DNA from: Candidatus Obscuribacteraceae bacterium
GTDB lineage: Bacteria > Cyanobacteriota > Vampirovibrionia > Obscuribacterales > Obscuribacteraceae
DNA length: 64,000 nucleotides
Assembly (NCBI GenBank): GCA_044229845.1
Contig: JBGASG010000006.1
Span: 192,001-256,000 of the forward strand
Reading direction: 5' to 3'
Part shown: positions 49,402 to 59,453 of the stretch, piece after piece
Numbering within the stretch: position 1 is the first letter of the stretch
How the letters are laid out: every line of letters starts with the position of its first letter
Program-made: the position numbers and the translations under genes
The notes under the pieces: model-generated
Told to the model about the DNA's origin: nothing
Databases searched by the model: none
The model's input: the letters and a program-made list of their open reading frames with translations, nothing else

Positions 49402-49568
49402 GTCACACCCATGTTTGCACAAAACATGACTTACCCAAGGAAATAAAGTTTCCACGGCTGTGGTTGATCGGCAACAAACAGCTGAGCCGTAAGGCGCCAC
49501 CGATAACGGTGGCTGTCCGGCAAGCGCATGGACAGCCGCTTTTGAAGAAAATACCCATTCGGGCACAC

Positions 49569-49604
49569 AAGAAGAAAGCCCTGGCCGAAGCCAGAGCTTT
49601 CTTC
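49569..49604 (-). terminator. nrdB terminator
   Basis: GAAGAAAGCTCTGGC-TTCG-GCCAGGGCTTTCTTC-TT. Confidence 0.75.
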
Positions 49605-49701
49605 CTGTCCCAGTCAAAACCAGTGCCCGACGGCGTACCTTCATCCACTGCCGGGCTCACCCCTGCGCGCAGCCATCACGACTGCATCGCAGAGAGTGCG
49701 A

Positions 49702-51066
49702 TTAATCCCAGCTGAGTGCACCGCCTGTTTGATAGTCGATGACACGCGTCTCGAAGAAGTTTTTCTCTTTTTTGAGATCGAGCATTTCGCTCATCCAGGG
49801 GAAGGGATTCTTCGCGCCTGGATATTGCTCAGTCAAACCAATCTGTTTGCAGCGACGGTTTGCCACAAATTGCAGGTATTCGGCGAACATTTGCACGTTC
49901 AGTCCGAGAACTCCGCGCGGCATCGTGTCGACCGCATATTGATATTCTAGATCGACTCCTTCACGAATCAACTTAATGATTTCTTGTTGAAGGGCGGTCG
50001 TCCAGAGATGCGGATTTTCGATCTTGATCTGGTTGATCAGATCTACACCGTAGTTGAGGTGCATCGATTCATCGCGCAAGATGTACTGGAATTCTTCGGA
50101 TGCACCAGTCATCTTGTTCTGCCGTCCGAAGCTGAGCATTTGCACAAATCCGACGTAGAAGAAGATGCCTTCCATGATGATGTAATAGCCGATCAAGTTG
50201 CGCAGAAGGCGCTGATCTGTGGCATCGGTGCCGGTGTGGAAATTAGGATCGGCCAGTTCTTCAGTGAACTGCAGTTGGAATGCATCCTTCGCGTGAATGG
50301 ACGGAATCTCGCGATACATGTTGAAAATTTCGCCTTCATCGAGTCCGAGACTTTCCACCACATATTGATAGGCGTGCGTGTGCAGAGCTTCTTCGAAAGA
50401 TTGACGAAGCAGGTACTGACGGCACTCAGGATTGGTGATGTGACGATAGATCGCCAGCACCAGGTTGTTAGCTACGAGTGAATCAGCTGTCGAGAAGAAA
50501 CCGAGGTTGCGTTTGATGATTTGACGTTCGTCATCGGTCAGACCGTTGGGATCTTTCCAGAGCGCGATGTCGCGGCTCATGCTGATCTCTTGCGGCATCC
50601 AGTGGTTGGCGCAAGCATCGAGATACTTCTGCCAGGCCCAGTCATATTTGAATGGCACTAGCTGGTTGAGGTCGGCGCGGCAGTTGATGATGCGTTTTTC
50701 GTCGACGCGAATGCGGCGTGCGTTGAACTCGATGTTTTCCAAACCTGTAACACCACCTACGGTGCTGGCTGCTTCAGCACCTTTGTTGGTTGATTCGGTT
50801 GGAACCGACGGAGCCATTGTCACTGAGCTAATCCCCTGTGTTGTAGTTCCAGTAGGAGCGGCTGGCGGCGTGCAGTCGATTGCGGCTTCAACTCCGACAG
50901 CGTTGGTAGGTTCAGCTGTTGGAACAACAACAGCATGTCCGAGCGGCGGTGGCGGATTTATTGGTGATTCGATACTCGGTCCGGTGCCGAAAATGCCCCG
51001 GTTGGTCAACTCTGTGCTCTGCCATGGACGAACGGAATTAGAACCGCTGCCACTATTTGAATTCAT
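49702..51066 (-). CDS. nrdB: Ribonucleotide reductase class Ia beta subunit
   Basis: [16 protein letters not shown] (radical Tyr), [21 protein letters not shown]. Confidence 0.95.
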   Translation of the reverse strand: MNSNSGSGSNSVRPWQSTELTNRGIFGTGPSIESPINPPPPLGHAVVVPTAEPTNAVGVEAAIDCTPPAAPTGTTTQGISSVTMAPSVPTESTNKGAEAASTVGGVTGLENIEFNARRIRVDEKRIINCRADLNQLVPFKYDWAWQKYLDACANHWMPQEISMSRDIALWKDPNGLTDDERQIIKRNLGFFSTADSLVANNLVLAIYRHITNPECRQYLLRQSFEEALHTHAYQYVVESLGLDEGEIFNMYREIPSIHAKDAFQLQFTEELADPNFHTGTDATDQRLLRNLIGYYIIMEGIFFYVGFVQMLSFGRQNKMTGASEEFQYILRDESMHLNYGVDLINQIKIENPHLWTTALQQEIIKLIREGVDLEYQYAVDTMPRGVLGLNVQMFAEYLQFVANRRCKQIGLTEQYPGAKNPFPWMSEMLDLKKEKNFFETRVIDYQTGGALSWD

Positions 51067-51087
51067 CCCTGTCCCCTTTCTAACCAT

Positions 51088-51116
51088 ACCATACATCTGT
51101 ATGATGCGCCTGTCAA
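51088..51116 (-). promoter_or_regulatory. Putative sigma70 promoter of nrdB
   Basis: TTGACA-N17-TATGGT, -10 about 21 nt upstream of ATG 51066. Confidence 0.65.
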
Positions 51117-51306
51117 GTCTTTTCGCTGCGCCGGATATTCGTTCAATCACCTGCGAATATCACTGCAGCTGTCGTTCTGGTTGTTTCGTCTCCGATCTAG
51201 TTTGATGCTTTCGTGAGATTGAACTGCTCGGTCCGTTCCACGTTCCCCCAATCAGCCGCACGACCAACACGGCCCAGTGAATTGGTCGTGGGCTTATCGG
51301 AGTGAT

Positions 51307-54147
51307 TTACTGGCAAGCTTCGCAGTCAGGATCGGTAATGGAGCATGCCTTAGGAGAGGCTGACATGTCTTCCATCATTACCACTGATACTGTCAGCGGC
51401 ACCTCACTGGAAACCTTGTTGAGCGCACCGGTGGTGACGGTGGATTTCTCTGCGTAGGTTGCACCGATTGTCCGCAGGTAATAGGTTGTTTTGAGACCAC
51501 GTTGCCATGCCAGCTTGTAAGTCTCATCCAACTTCTTACCGTTGGGTTGAGCGATATACACGTTGAGGCTTTGTGCTTGATCGATCCATTTTTGCCGGCG
51601 CGAGCCCGCTTCGATGAGCCACTTCGGATCAACTTCGAAAGCGGTTGCATAAAGCTGCTTCAATTCGGCGGGAATGCGCTCGATCGGCATCACGGAGCCG
51701 TCAAAGTATTTGAGGTCGTGCACCATGACTTCATCCCACAGTCCAAGCGCCTTCAGGTCTTCGACCAGGTAGGTATTGAGCACGGTGAAATCGCCTGAGA
51801 GATTGGACTTCACATAGAGATTCTGGAAGGTCGGCTCGATACAAGGGCTGACGCCGATGATATTGCTGATGGTGGCAGTCGGTGCAATCGCCAGCACGTT
51901 GCTGTTGCGCATACCGAACTTGGCGATGTGTTCGCGGACCGGTGTCCAGTCAAGACGCACGGTGCGATCTTGTTCGAGCACTCCGCCGCGAGCGGCTTCG
52001 ACTAATTTGATGCTGTCGATGGGTAGAATGCCTTGATCCCACAGAGAGCCTTTGTAAGTCGCGTAGGTGCCGCGCTCTTTAGCCAGTTCGCTGCTGGCGT
52101 ACAAGGCGTAGAAGCTGATTGCTTCCATGCTGTAGTCGGCGAACTCGACGGCTTCTTGCGAAGCATAAGGAATACGCAATTTGAGCAAAGCATCCTGGAA
52201 GCCCATGAAACCAAGTCCGATCGGGCGATGTTTCAAGTTGGAGTTGCGAGCTTTCGGCACGCTGTAATAGTTGATATCGATAACGTTATCGAGCATGCGC
52301 ACTGCAGTTTTGCAGGTGCGTTGCAGTTTTTCCAGGTCCAGTCCGTTTTCAGTGACGTGAGCAATCAGGTTGATGGAACCGAGGTTGCAGACTGCAGTTT
52401 CTTTATCAGAGGTATTGAGCGTGATCTCGGTGCAAAGGTTGGAGGAGTGCACGACGCCGACATGTTGTTGCGGGCTGCGCAGGTTGCAGACATCTTTGAA
52501 GGTGATCCATGGATGTCCGGTTTCGAAGAGCATGGAGAGCATCTTGCGCCATAGGTCGAGCGCTTGCACTTTCTTGAACTGTTTGATTTTGCCCATCGCG
52601 GCCATGCTTTCATACTTTTCGTACGTCTGGCGGAAGGCGGCACCGAACTTGTCGTGCAGATCCGGCACTTCATCTGGTGAGAAGAGTGTCCACTCTTGAT
52701 CGGCGTGCATGCGTTCCATGAACAGATCAGGCACCCAGTTGGCGGTGTTCATGTCATGCGTGCGGCGGCGGTCGTCGCCGGTGTTTTTGCGCAACTCTAG
52801 GAATTCTTCGATGTCGAGGTGCCAAGTCTCCAGGTACGCACAGACCGCACCTTTTCGCTTGCCGCCTTGATTGACGGCGACAGCGGTATCGTTGACGACC
52901 TTGAGGAACGGCACAACGCCCTGGCTCTTGCCATTGGTGCCTTTAATATGAGCACCAAGGGCCCGGATGGGCGTCCAGTCATTCCCAAGTCCGCCACTGA
53001 ACTTAGAAAGAAGGGCATTTTCTTTCATAGCATCGTAGATACTTTCGAGATCATCCTGGACGGTGGTCAGGAAGCACGAAGATAGCTGCGGTCTGTGTGT
53101 CCCAGAGTTAAACAGAGTAGGAGTGGAGGAGATAAAGTCAAACGAGGACAGGAGTTCGTAGAACTCGATTGCGCGCGCTTCCCGATCAACTTCGTTGAGC
53201 GAGAGTCCCATCGCAATGCGCATCCAGAAAGCTTGCGGCAACTCGAAGCGGCGACCATTCGTGTGAAGGAAATACCGATCGTAGAGGGTCTGCAGTCCCA
53301 GATATTGGAATTGCAGATCGCGATCGGCCTTGATCGCTGCTCCCAGTTCCGCAAGGTTGAACTGGGATATGCGCGGATCGATAAGACCGGCTTCCAAGCC
53401 ACGCTTGACGTACTCAGGAAAGTACTCGGCGTAGCGAACTTTCATTTGGGCGTGTGTTTGCGGCTCGCCGATCACTTCGTGACGGATCTGGTCGAGCAGG
53501 AGGCGCGACGTGGCGAACGCATAGCCCGGATCGCGTTCGATGAGAGTGCGCGCACTCATGATGGCGGACTTATATATGTCGTCTTGCGGAACGCCGTCGT
53601 ACAAATTGACGATCGTGCCATTGTAGATTTCTTGTACAGAAACTTGATCGCCTAGTCCGGCGCAAGCTTCTTCGATGACTGTGCGCAAGCGCTGGTAGTC
53701 GATGGCAGTGGTGGTGCCGTTAGCCAACGTCATTTTCAGTTCGGCGGTGGGAACTCCCAGTTCTTCCTGGGCTTTCGCTCTCTCTTGCGCGCGCGCTTCT
53801 CTATATAGAACATAACGACGTGCCACTTCGTGTTCACCCGAACGCATGAGCGCCAGTTCGACCTGGTCCTGGATGAACTCGATGTGCACGGTGCCGCCCT
53901 GCGGCTGCTGGCGCATCAATTTGTCCACAACTTGCTGAGTCAGCTTCTGGACGATGTCGCGAACGCGCGAACTGGTCGCTTCGTTGTCCGCACCGCCGCC
54001 AGCGATGAACGCTTTGTGCAGAGCGATTTGAATTTTGCTCGGATCAAATCCGGCCACTTTTCCGTCACGACGAATGACTTTGTAGTTGGCATATTTGGTC
54101 GATTCTTCAGTGACCGGTTGAGATAACATCGCCTGTATCTGCGTCAT
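51307..54147 (-). CDS. nrdA: Ribonucleotide reductase class Ia alpha subunit, ATP-cone N-terminus
   Basis: VIRRDG ATP cone plus a second cone-like domain, QLSSCFL, SNLCTEI, AIAPTAT, KTTYY, C-terminal CEACQ. Confidence 0.97.
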   Translation of the reverse strand: MTQIQAMLSQPVTEESTKYANYKVIRRDGKVAGFDPSKIQIALHKAFIAGGGADNEATSSRVRDIVQKLTQQVVDKLMRQQPQGGTVHIEFIQDQVELALMRSGEHEVARRYVLYREARAQERAKAQEELGVPTAELKMTLANGTTTAIDYQRLRTVIEEACAGLGDQVSVQEIYNGTIVNLYDGVPQDDIYKSAIMSARTLIERDPGYAFATSRLLLDQIRHEVIGEPQTHAQMKVRYAEYFPEYVKRGLEAGLIDPRISQFNLAELGAAIKADRDLQFQYLGLQTLYDRYFLHTNGRRFELPQAFWMRIAMGLSLNEVDREARAIEFYELLSSFDFISSTPTLFNSGTHRPQLSSCFLTTVQDDLESIYDAMKENALLSKFSGGLGNDWTPIRALGAHIKGTNGKSQGVVPFLKVVNDTAVAVNQGGKRKGAVCAYLETWHLDIEEFLELRKNTGDDRRRTHDMNTANWVPDLFMERMHADQEWTLFSPDEVPDLHDKFGAAFRQTYEKYESMAAMGKIKQFKKVQALDLWRKMLSMLFETGHPWITFKDVCNLRSPQQHVGVVHSSNLCTEITLNTSDKETAVCNLGSINLIAHVTENGLDLEKLQRTCKTAVRMLDNVIDINYYSVPKARNSNLKHRPIGLGFMGFQDALLKLRIPYASQEAVEFADYSMEAISFYALYASSELAKERGTYATYKGSLWDQGILPIDSIKLVEAARGGVLEQDRTVRLDWTPVREHIAKFGMRNSNVLAIAPTATISNIIGVSPCIEPTFQNLYVKSNLSGDFTVLNTYLVEDLKALGLWDEVMVHDLKYFDGSVMPIERIPAELKQLYATAFEVDPKWLIEAGSRRQKWIDQAQSLNVYIAQPNGKKLDETYKLAWQRGLKTTYYLRTIGATYAEKSTVTTGALNKVSSEVPLTVSVVMMEDMSASPKACSITDPDCEACQ

Positions 54148-54454
54148 TTCTTTGCCTTTCCTCTGGGCGCAAGTTGTTTCCGTGGAGGGCAAACCAAAAC
54201 CATATCTATCGATATACCATACATAGGCATGGTAACATACGTGCAAGCAGTCTAGCCACTTGCAATTGGTTTTCAGATTTGCCCTAGAACGCGAGAGCAA
54301 TTAGATACGTCGCAGATATCAATCAGCGATGTATCATCACAAGTTTTTCCGGGTTGCCTTCTCTGATTCAGACTTTATCTGCACCTAATGAAACTTAGGT
54401 TTTATCGGTCTTTCTGAAGAGGGGCGACACCCGTAGTGGTTGTGATGAAGAGTA

Positions 54455-54470
54455 ACACCGCATGTGGTGT
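54455..54470. promoter_or_regulatory. NrdR-box-like site upstream of nrdA
   Basis: ACACCGCATGTGGTGT, near-palindromic 16-mer in the nrdA upstream region. Confidence 0.6.
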
Positions 54471-54860
54471 TTGTATAGGAATTTGTTGGACTACCGCTGT
54501 ATATCCAACGCCCCGAAGCTGGCAGCCACGACTGTTTCAGGCTAGATTAAAGATGCCGCTTTAGATCCCTGATTTTATCGGCGGCGCCTGAAATATATGC
54601 GCAAAAGATCTGGTGGTGGCAGATGCGATACCAGACCAGATCTTTAGCCGAGATCTGATGCCATCAAATTTGGTGCCCTGAGATCGATCATATCGGACGT
54701 TTTGTCAACGGCGCAGAAAGCCCATTTCCGTTGAGTGTCTTAAAAAGCAGTTCAGCCGATTCCGCCTATTGGAAATCACGTTAGCTGCAGATCATTCACC
54801 GTGCATTCAGTTACGCAGCAACGGGTCGACGTTCGTTCCAATTGCGGCGCGGACCTTCGT

Positions 54861-55637
54861 TCACGTGCCGGCACGCAGCTGCTCAACCAGCATGGGCAGC
54901 AGATTTCCAGAGGGTCCGGCAAGAAACAGATCAGCCACTTCTGTGATCGGCGTTTCATCTGGATTGACTTCGACCACAAAAGCATCAGCATCCTTCGCAG
55001 TATAAGGAAGCGATGCCGCCGGATAGACGATGCCCGAAGTGCCGACCACCAGCACCACATCGGCGGCGCGCACCAGACGAGACGCGCGTTCCATCGCGCC
55101 GGGCGGCAACATCTCGTTGAACCAGACAACGCCCGGACGCATCAGCGATCCGCACTCGGTGCAGAGCGGCGGTTCCTTTAGATCAAAGGCGATTTCCGCC
55201 GGCGCCGGATGGCGCTGCTCGAAACAGAAGAAGTCCAAGATGTTGCCGTGCAACTCGACAATGTCGGTCGAACCGGCGCGCTTGTGCAAGCCGTCCACGT
55301 TCTGGGTGACTACCACCACCTCCGGTATCAACGACTCCAACCCGGCAATCGCATGATGTCCCGGATTCGGCTGCACCTCCAGCACCTTCTTGCGGCGGAA
55401 GTCATACCACTGCCAGACCAGCGGCGGATCCGAAAGAAATCCTTGCGGCGTCGCCAACTTCTCCGGCTCATAGGTTGCCCACAGTCCGGTGAGTGCATCG
55501 CGAAACGTCGGTATGCCGCTCTCCTTGGAGACACCCGCTCCCGTCAGCACCACCACTTTTTTAGCCGCTCTTAATTTAGCGGCGGCCGTTTTTATATCTT
55601 TTTGGAGATCAGCAGGGGGCACCATCGGCAACACCAC
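54861..55637 (-). CDS. cobB: NAD-dependent protein deacylase (class III sirtuin)
   Basis: GAGVSKESGIPTFR, WY..RR, TQNVDGLH, LHG, RPGVVWFNE, GTS. Confidence 0.95.
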   Translation of the reverse strand: MVLPMVPPADLQKDIKTAAAKLRAAKKVVVLTGAGVSKESGIPTFRDALTGLWATYEPEKLATPQGFLSDPPLVWQWYDFRRKKVLEVQPNPGHHAIAGLESLIPEVVVVTQNVDGLHKRAGSTDIVELHGNILDFFCFEQRHPAPAEIAFDLKEPPLCTECGSLMRPGVVWFNEMLPPGAMERASRLVRAADVVLVVGTSGIVYPAASLPYTAKDADAFVVEVNPDETPITEVADLFLAGPSGNLLPMLVEQLRAGT

Positions 55638-56198
55638 TCATGGCGACTTCCGCCGCGCATCCCATTCTTCCCGGAGCATCGCGAAGAGCAAAGTATCGCG
55701 CCAGTGACCCTTGATGTTTTTGTCTTTGATGAAGTGCCCTTCCTGACGCATGCCGCACTTGCGCAGCACGCGCGCGGACCCGACGTTTTCGGCGTCGCAT
55801 GTCGCCCATGCACGATGCAGTTTCAACTTGTCAAAACCAAAATCGATAAGCGCCTGCGCCGCCTCGGATCCAAAGCCGAGCCCCCAATAACTGCGATTGA
55901 AGCAATAACCGAGATCCGCCTGCCTGGGATCGAATTGCGCCACCCGTATGCCGCAGGCACCAATCAGTCTTTCCTCTTCTCTATGAATGACCGCAAATTC
56001 AAAAATCGTCCGCGGATTCGCTCGCTGCGCCAGAAGCACCCGGTCGATGAAGGCGAGCGTCTGTTCAGTGGTATTCGGTCCCCACTCCATATACTTCACG
56101 ACTTCCGGGTCGACGGAATACTTATGGACTTCTTTCCAGTCCGTTTGCTTGAAGTCGCGCAATTGCAGGTTGGCTGTTTCGATCAGCACGTCTCTCAT
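55638..56198 (-). CDS. RimJ/RimL-type GNAT N-acetyltransferase
   Basis: ETANLQLR, DLGY..YWGLGFGSE, ENVGSARVLRKCGM..EG. Confidence 0.9.
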   Translation of the reverse strand: MRDVLIETANLQLRDFKQTDWKEVHKYSVDPEVVKYMEWGPNTTEQTLAFIDRVLLAQRANPRTIFEFAVIHREEERLIGACGIRVAQFDPRQADLGYCFNRSYWGLGFGSEAAQALIDFGFDKLKLHRAWATCDAENVGSARVLRKCGMRQEGHFIKDKNIKGHWRDTLLFAMLREEWDARRKSP

Positions 56199-56336
56199 GA
56201 CATCCTTGTCGTGTTGTGCCTGTTCATCTACATCAAAAGGATCTCTTAAATGAACGGGTCTAGCAACGCTTCTATTGTTAGGATTGCGTTTTCGAAGAGT
56301 AGCTAAATTGATATTTGCCCCCTGGAGGTAAGCGCC

Positions 56337-56753
56337 ATGCCGGAAGTGACAGTCGTCGCCAAACCGCAAGGTCTGCAGCATGAAATCAAGACCGCCCATC
56401 ACACCCTGCTGGCGGACGCAGGCAAAGACATCGGCGGCACCGAAACCGGACCCGATCCACACGAACTGATGCTGGCGTCGCTCGGTGCCTGCACCTCCAT
56501 GACTCTGCAGCTGTTCGCCAAAAAACGCGAATGGAATTTGACCAGCGTCAATGTCAAGCTGCGCGAAGAACGCGTCGACGATCCACAAAATCCCGGCAAG
56601 CAAATGTCCAAGATCACCCGCGAGGTTCATCTCGAAGGCGACCTCACCCTTGAGCAACTAGAAACCCTGAAGGGCATCGCCAACAAATGCCCCATCCATA
56701 AATTGCTCACCGAATCCAACAAACAGATCGAAACCTCTGTCGCCAAAGGCTGA
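56337..56753 (+). CDS. OsmC-family protein (YhfA-like)
   Basis: GPDPHELMLASLGACT, KCPIHKLL; GGAGG RBS. Confidence 0.9.
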   Translation: MPEVTVVAKPQGLQHEIKTAHHTLLADAGKDIGGTETGPDPHELMLASLGACTSMTLQLFAKKREWNLTSVNVKLREERVDDPQNPGKQMSKITREVHLEGDLTLEQLETLKGIANKCPIHKLLTESNKQIETSVAKG

Positions 56754-56760
56754 CAGCCGA

Positions 56761-56841
56761 AGCCCAAGCGATATCGCTTCAGTTCAAAGAGCCCAAGCGA
56801 TATCGCTTCAGTTCAAAGAGCCCAAGCGATATCGCTTTAAC
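56761..56841. repeat. GCGATATCGC repeat array, 3 units, 29-bp period
   Basis: AGCCCAAGCGATATCGCTTCAGTTCAAAG units; cores at 56768, 56797, 56826. Confidence 0.95.
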
Positions 56842-56869
56842 TCTAAGTCTCCACGTACGGGGAATTTTT

Positions 56870-57271
56870 GTGCAGGAAGAGCTTCCCAATCTCAAAGTAA
56901 TTCTCAAGAGGTTCGAAGAAGCCGACGAGCTTCGTACATTCGAAAAGGGGAAGTTCGAAATCGTACATTTGGGTGGCATGACCATCGGTCGCGCCACCTA
57001 CGAGCCGGGTTGGAAATGGTCTGAACATGTCGGGCTGGCAGCCAACACTCCGTACTGTGAAGTCGAACACGTCGGGATGGTGATCTCCGGCACGGCCACT
57101 GCCGCTATGGTCAACGGCGACATCATCGAGTTGAAGCCGGGCAATCTGTTTCACATTCCGAAGGTCGCGCACGACAGCTGGGTCGTTGGCGATGAACCGT
57201 ACGTTTCTCTACATTTCCTCGGCGCCGACCACTACGCAAAGCCCGAGGAAGAAACAGCTCCAGACGCCTGA
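56870..57271 (+). CDS. Cupin-domain protein
   Basis: EPGWKWSEH, CEVEH, HDSWVVG. Confidence 0.85.
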   Translation: MQEELPNLKVILKRFEEADELRTFEKGKFEIVHLGGMTIGRATYEPGWKWSEHVGLAANTPYCEVEHVGMVISGTATAAMVNGDIIELKPGNLFHIPKVAHDSWVVGDEPYVSLHFLGADHYAKPEEETAPDA

Positions 57272-57277
57272 TCGTCG

Positions 57278-58108
57278 ATGCTTGATCTTCCACAGTTCGA
57301 AACGCATTTGAAGACTCGAGTCTTAGGGCGCTCTGCTTGCGCCAATGAGCTGTGGGACGAAATCGATTCCACCAATAGCCGCGCCGCTCAACTGGCAGCA
57401 AGCGGCGCGCCGGAAGGCGTAGTGGTAATGGCCCGCTTGCAAACCGCGGGACGGGGTCGTCAGGGCCGTACCTGGGTTTCGCCGCCCAACTCCGGAATCT
57501 ACATTAGTTTCCTCCTGCGCCCGACACTGCCACCGCAGGCGGTGCCGCTCATGAGCCTGGCAACCGGCGTAGCAGTTGTGGAAGCAGTCGCCAACGTGAC
57601 AGGATTGGCAGTCGGTTTGAAATGGGTCAACGACATCGTCGCCGACGGCAAGAAAGTCGGCGGCATCCTCGCCGAAATGACAACCAGCACAGATCCCGCC
57701 AACCCCGGCGCCGGCAGCAATCGATCGCTGGTCGTCGGCGTCGGTCTGAACATCCATCTTGAAGAAACCGACCTGGACGACGAACTGCGACAACGCGTGC
57801 AGTGGCTTGAGGGACTTGCAGGGCAGGCAATTGATTACAATCTGTTGGCGGCGGAACTTTGCCTTTGCCTCGAAGAGCGCTATTTCGATCTGCGCAACGG
57901 CGACCGCGGGAAAATCGTCGATATGTGGAAGAAACGGTCCGTAACCCTGGGCAAGGAGATTCGCGCCACTTCAGGAAACACCATTGTCGAGGGCGAAGCC
58001 GTTGACATCGATGAAAACGGAGCGCTTGTTCTCAGCACCGCCGATGGTAATATCAAGCTGCACGCCGGAGAGATATCGATCCGCAACCTCGATGGTTCAT
58101 ACTGCTGA
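57278..58108 (+). CDS. birA: Biotin protein ligase (no N-terminal HTH)
   Basis: DSTN, QTAGRGRQGRTW, KWVND, KVGGIL, GVGLN. Confidence 0.95.
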   Translation: MLDLPQFETHLKTRVLGRSACANELWDEIDSTNSRAAQLAASGAPEGVVVMARLQTAGRGRQGRTWVSPPNSGIYISFLLRPTLPPQAVPLMSLATGVAVVEAVANVTGLAVGLKWVNDIVADGKKVGGILAEMTTSTDPANPGAGSNRSLVVGVGLNIHLEETDLDDELRQRVQWLEGLAGQAIDYNLLAAELCLCLEERYFDLRNGDRGKIVDMWKKRSVTLGKEIRATSGNTIVEGEAVDIDENGALVLSTADGNIKLHAGEISIRNLDGSYC

Positions 58109-58117
58109 GACGCGCCG

Positions 58118-58759
58118 ATGCAACTGGATCCTAACGAAATCAAAGCCGAGTCGGAGCAATTGATCCTGACGGCAGGCGGAAAAATAAATGACGAACTGCC
58201 GCCGCTGGCGCGCACGAAAATGCGTTCGCGCGAACAGATTGTCGCGCGGGCGCTGGTAATGAACGCGATGATGCAGATTTACTTTGATGCGCCGATAGAA
58301 ATAATCGACGGCTGGATTTACGACAACGGACTGACCGAGCATGTGTCGCCCGCCGAAAGTGAACTTCTCTCGAAACGCACCGAAGACCTTGCGCACAAAG
58401 AGAAGATAGACCTCTACTGGTACATCGAAGGTGTCTGGACACTCATGTGGGTAGGGCATCTCATAGATTCGCTGCCTTTTGATCGAGGCGTCGAAAATTT
58501 TCTCGCCGCCCTCGCCCCCGATCTGCAAAATAACGAGGACGGCACAAAGTTTCAATCGACGATGCGCATTCGCCCCTTCCCCGACTTGTTCAAAATGCTC
58601 GACCTGTACTACAGACTGCACTGGTACACGCGAGACGGTTTACTGCACGAATACGACACGGGCAACTTCAACCATGACCGCATAATGGAACGACGCCGCG
58701 CGCTGGAATGGGTGATGCAGCCCTCGGTCGGTTGGGACGATGCACGGTTGCTGGCATGA
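58118..58759 (+). CDS. DUF4272-like protein
   Basis: LYWYIEGVWTLMW, LDLYYRLHW, ERRRALEW. Confidence 0.75.
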   Translation: MQLDPNEIKAESEQLILTAGGKINDELPPLARTKMRSREQIVARALVMNAMMQIYFDAPIEIIDGWIYDNGLTEHVSPAESELLSKRTEDLAHKEKIDLYWYIEGVWTLMWVGHLIDSLPFDRGVENFLAALAPDLQNNEDGTKFQSTMRIRPFPDLFKMLDLYYRLHWYTRDGLLHEYDTGNFNHDRIMERRRALEWVMQPSVGWDDARLLA

Positions 58760-59424
58760 AACAATACAAGTTTCTCGGCTGGATCACTGTCTTCTACGTC
58801 ACCATGCAACTCGTCTGCGATGTCACCGCCGGCAAGATCGTTCAGCTCTTCGTATTTCCGGTTTCAGTAACAGTCCTCTACTTCCCAATCACATTCATCT
58901 TTGCCGACGTGCTCACCGAGGTGTACGGCTATGCAGTGGCGCGCAAGACACTGTGGACGGTGATGGCCTGTTCCATTACCGCAGGACTCATCTACCAGCT
59001 GGTCGTCTTTCTTCCACCCGCCCCAGGCTTCGCGGGCAACGAAGCTTATACACGCGTGCTCGGACAGGTGCCGCGCATTTTGCTGGGTGCCTGGATCGCA
59101 GTTTTTGCCGGTGAAATTCTCAACGACTTCGTCCTCGCGAAAATGAAAATCTGGACCGACGGCAAACATCTCTGGTCGCGCCTGGTCGGTTCCACACTCG
59201 TGGGACAGTTCGTCAACACCATCCTCTTCTACACAATCGCTCTGGGCGGCATACTCCCCACCGCACTATTGATCGAATCGATCCTCTCCGGCTGGCTGCT
59301 GAAAGTCGTCGTCGAAATCGTCATGATCCCGGCAACATATGTGATCGTCAACAAACTGAAAGCAATCGAACAAGTCGATTTCTTCGACCGCGACACTAAC
59401 TTCAATCCGTTCAGCGCGCACTGA
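58756..59424 (+). CDS. yhhQ: Queuosine precursor transporter (VUT family)
   Basis: FPITFIFADVLTEVYG, PRI, STLVGQ, DRDTNFNPF; ATGA overlap with upstream gene. Confidence 0.9.
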   Translation: MKQYKFLGWITVFYVTMQLVCDVTAGKIVQLFVFPVSVTVLYFPITFIFADVLTEVYGYAVARKTLWTVMACSITAGLIYQLVVFLPPAPGFAGNEAYTRVLGQVPRILLGAWIAVFAGEILNDFVLAKMKIWTDGKHLWSRLVGSTLVGQFVNTILFYTIALGGILPTALLIESILSGWLLKVVVEIVMIPATYVIVNKLKAIEQVDFFDRDTNFNPFSAH

Positions 59425-59453
59425 CTGGCGCGCACTAAATGCGGTGGCACGCG

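Noticed and set aside
49702..51066. Class Ic (Mn/Fe) R2
   Set aside because: First ligand is Asp (TADS) and the radical Tyr is present (HTHAY), as in class Ia.
54150..54860. Cobalamin riboswitch or hidden gene upstream of nrdA
   Set aside because: No B12-box motifs recognised on the minus strand; no convincing ORF.
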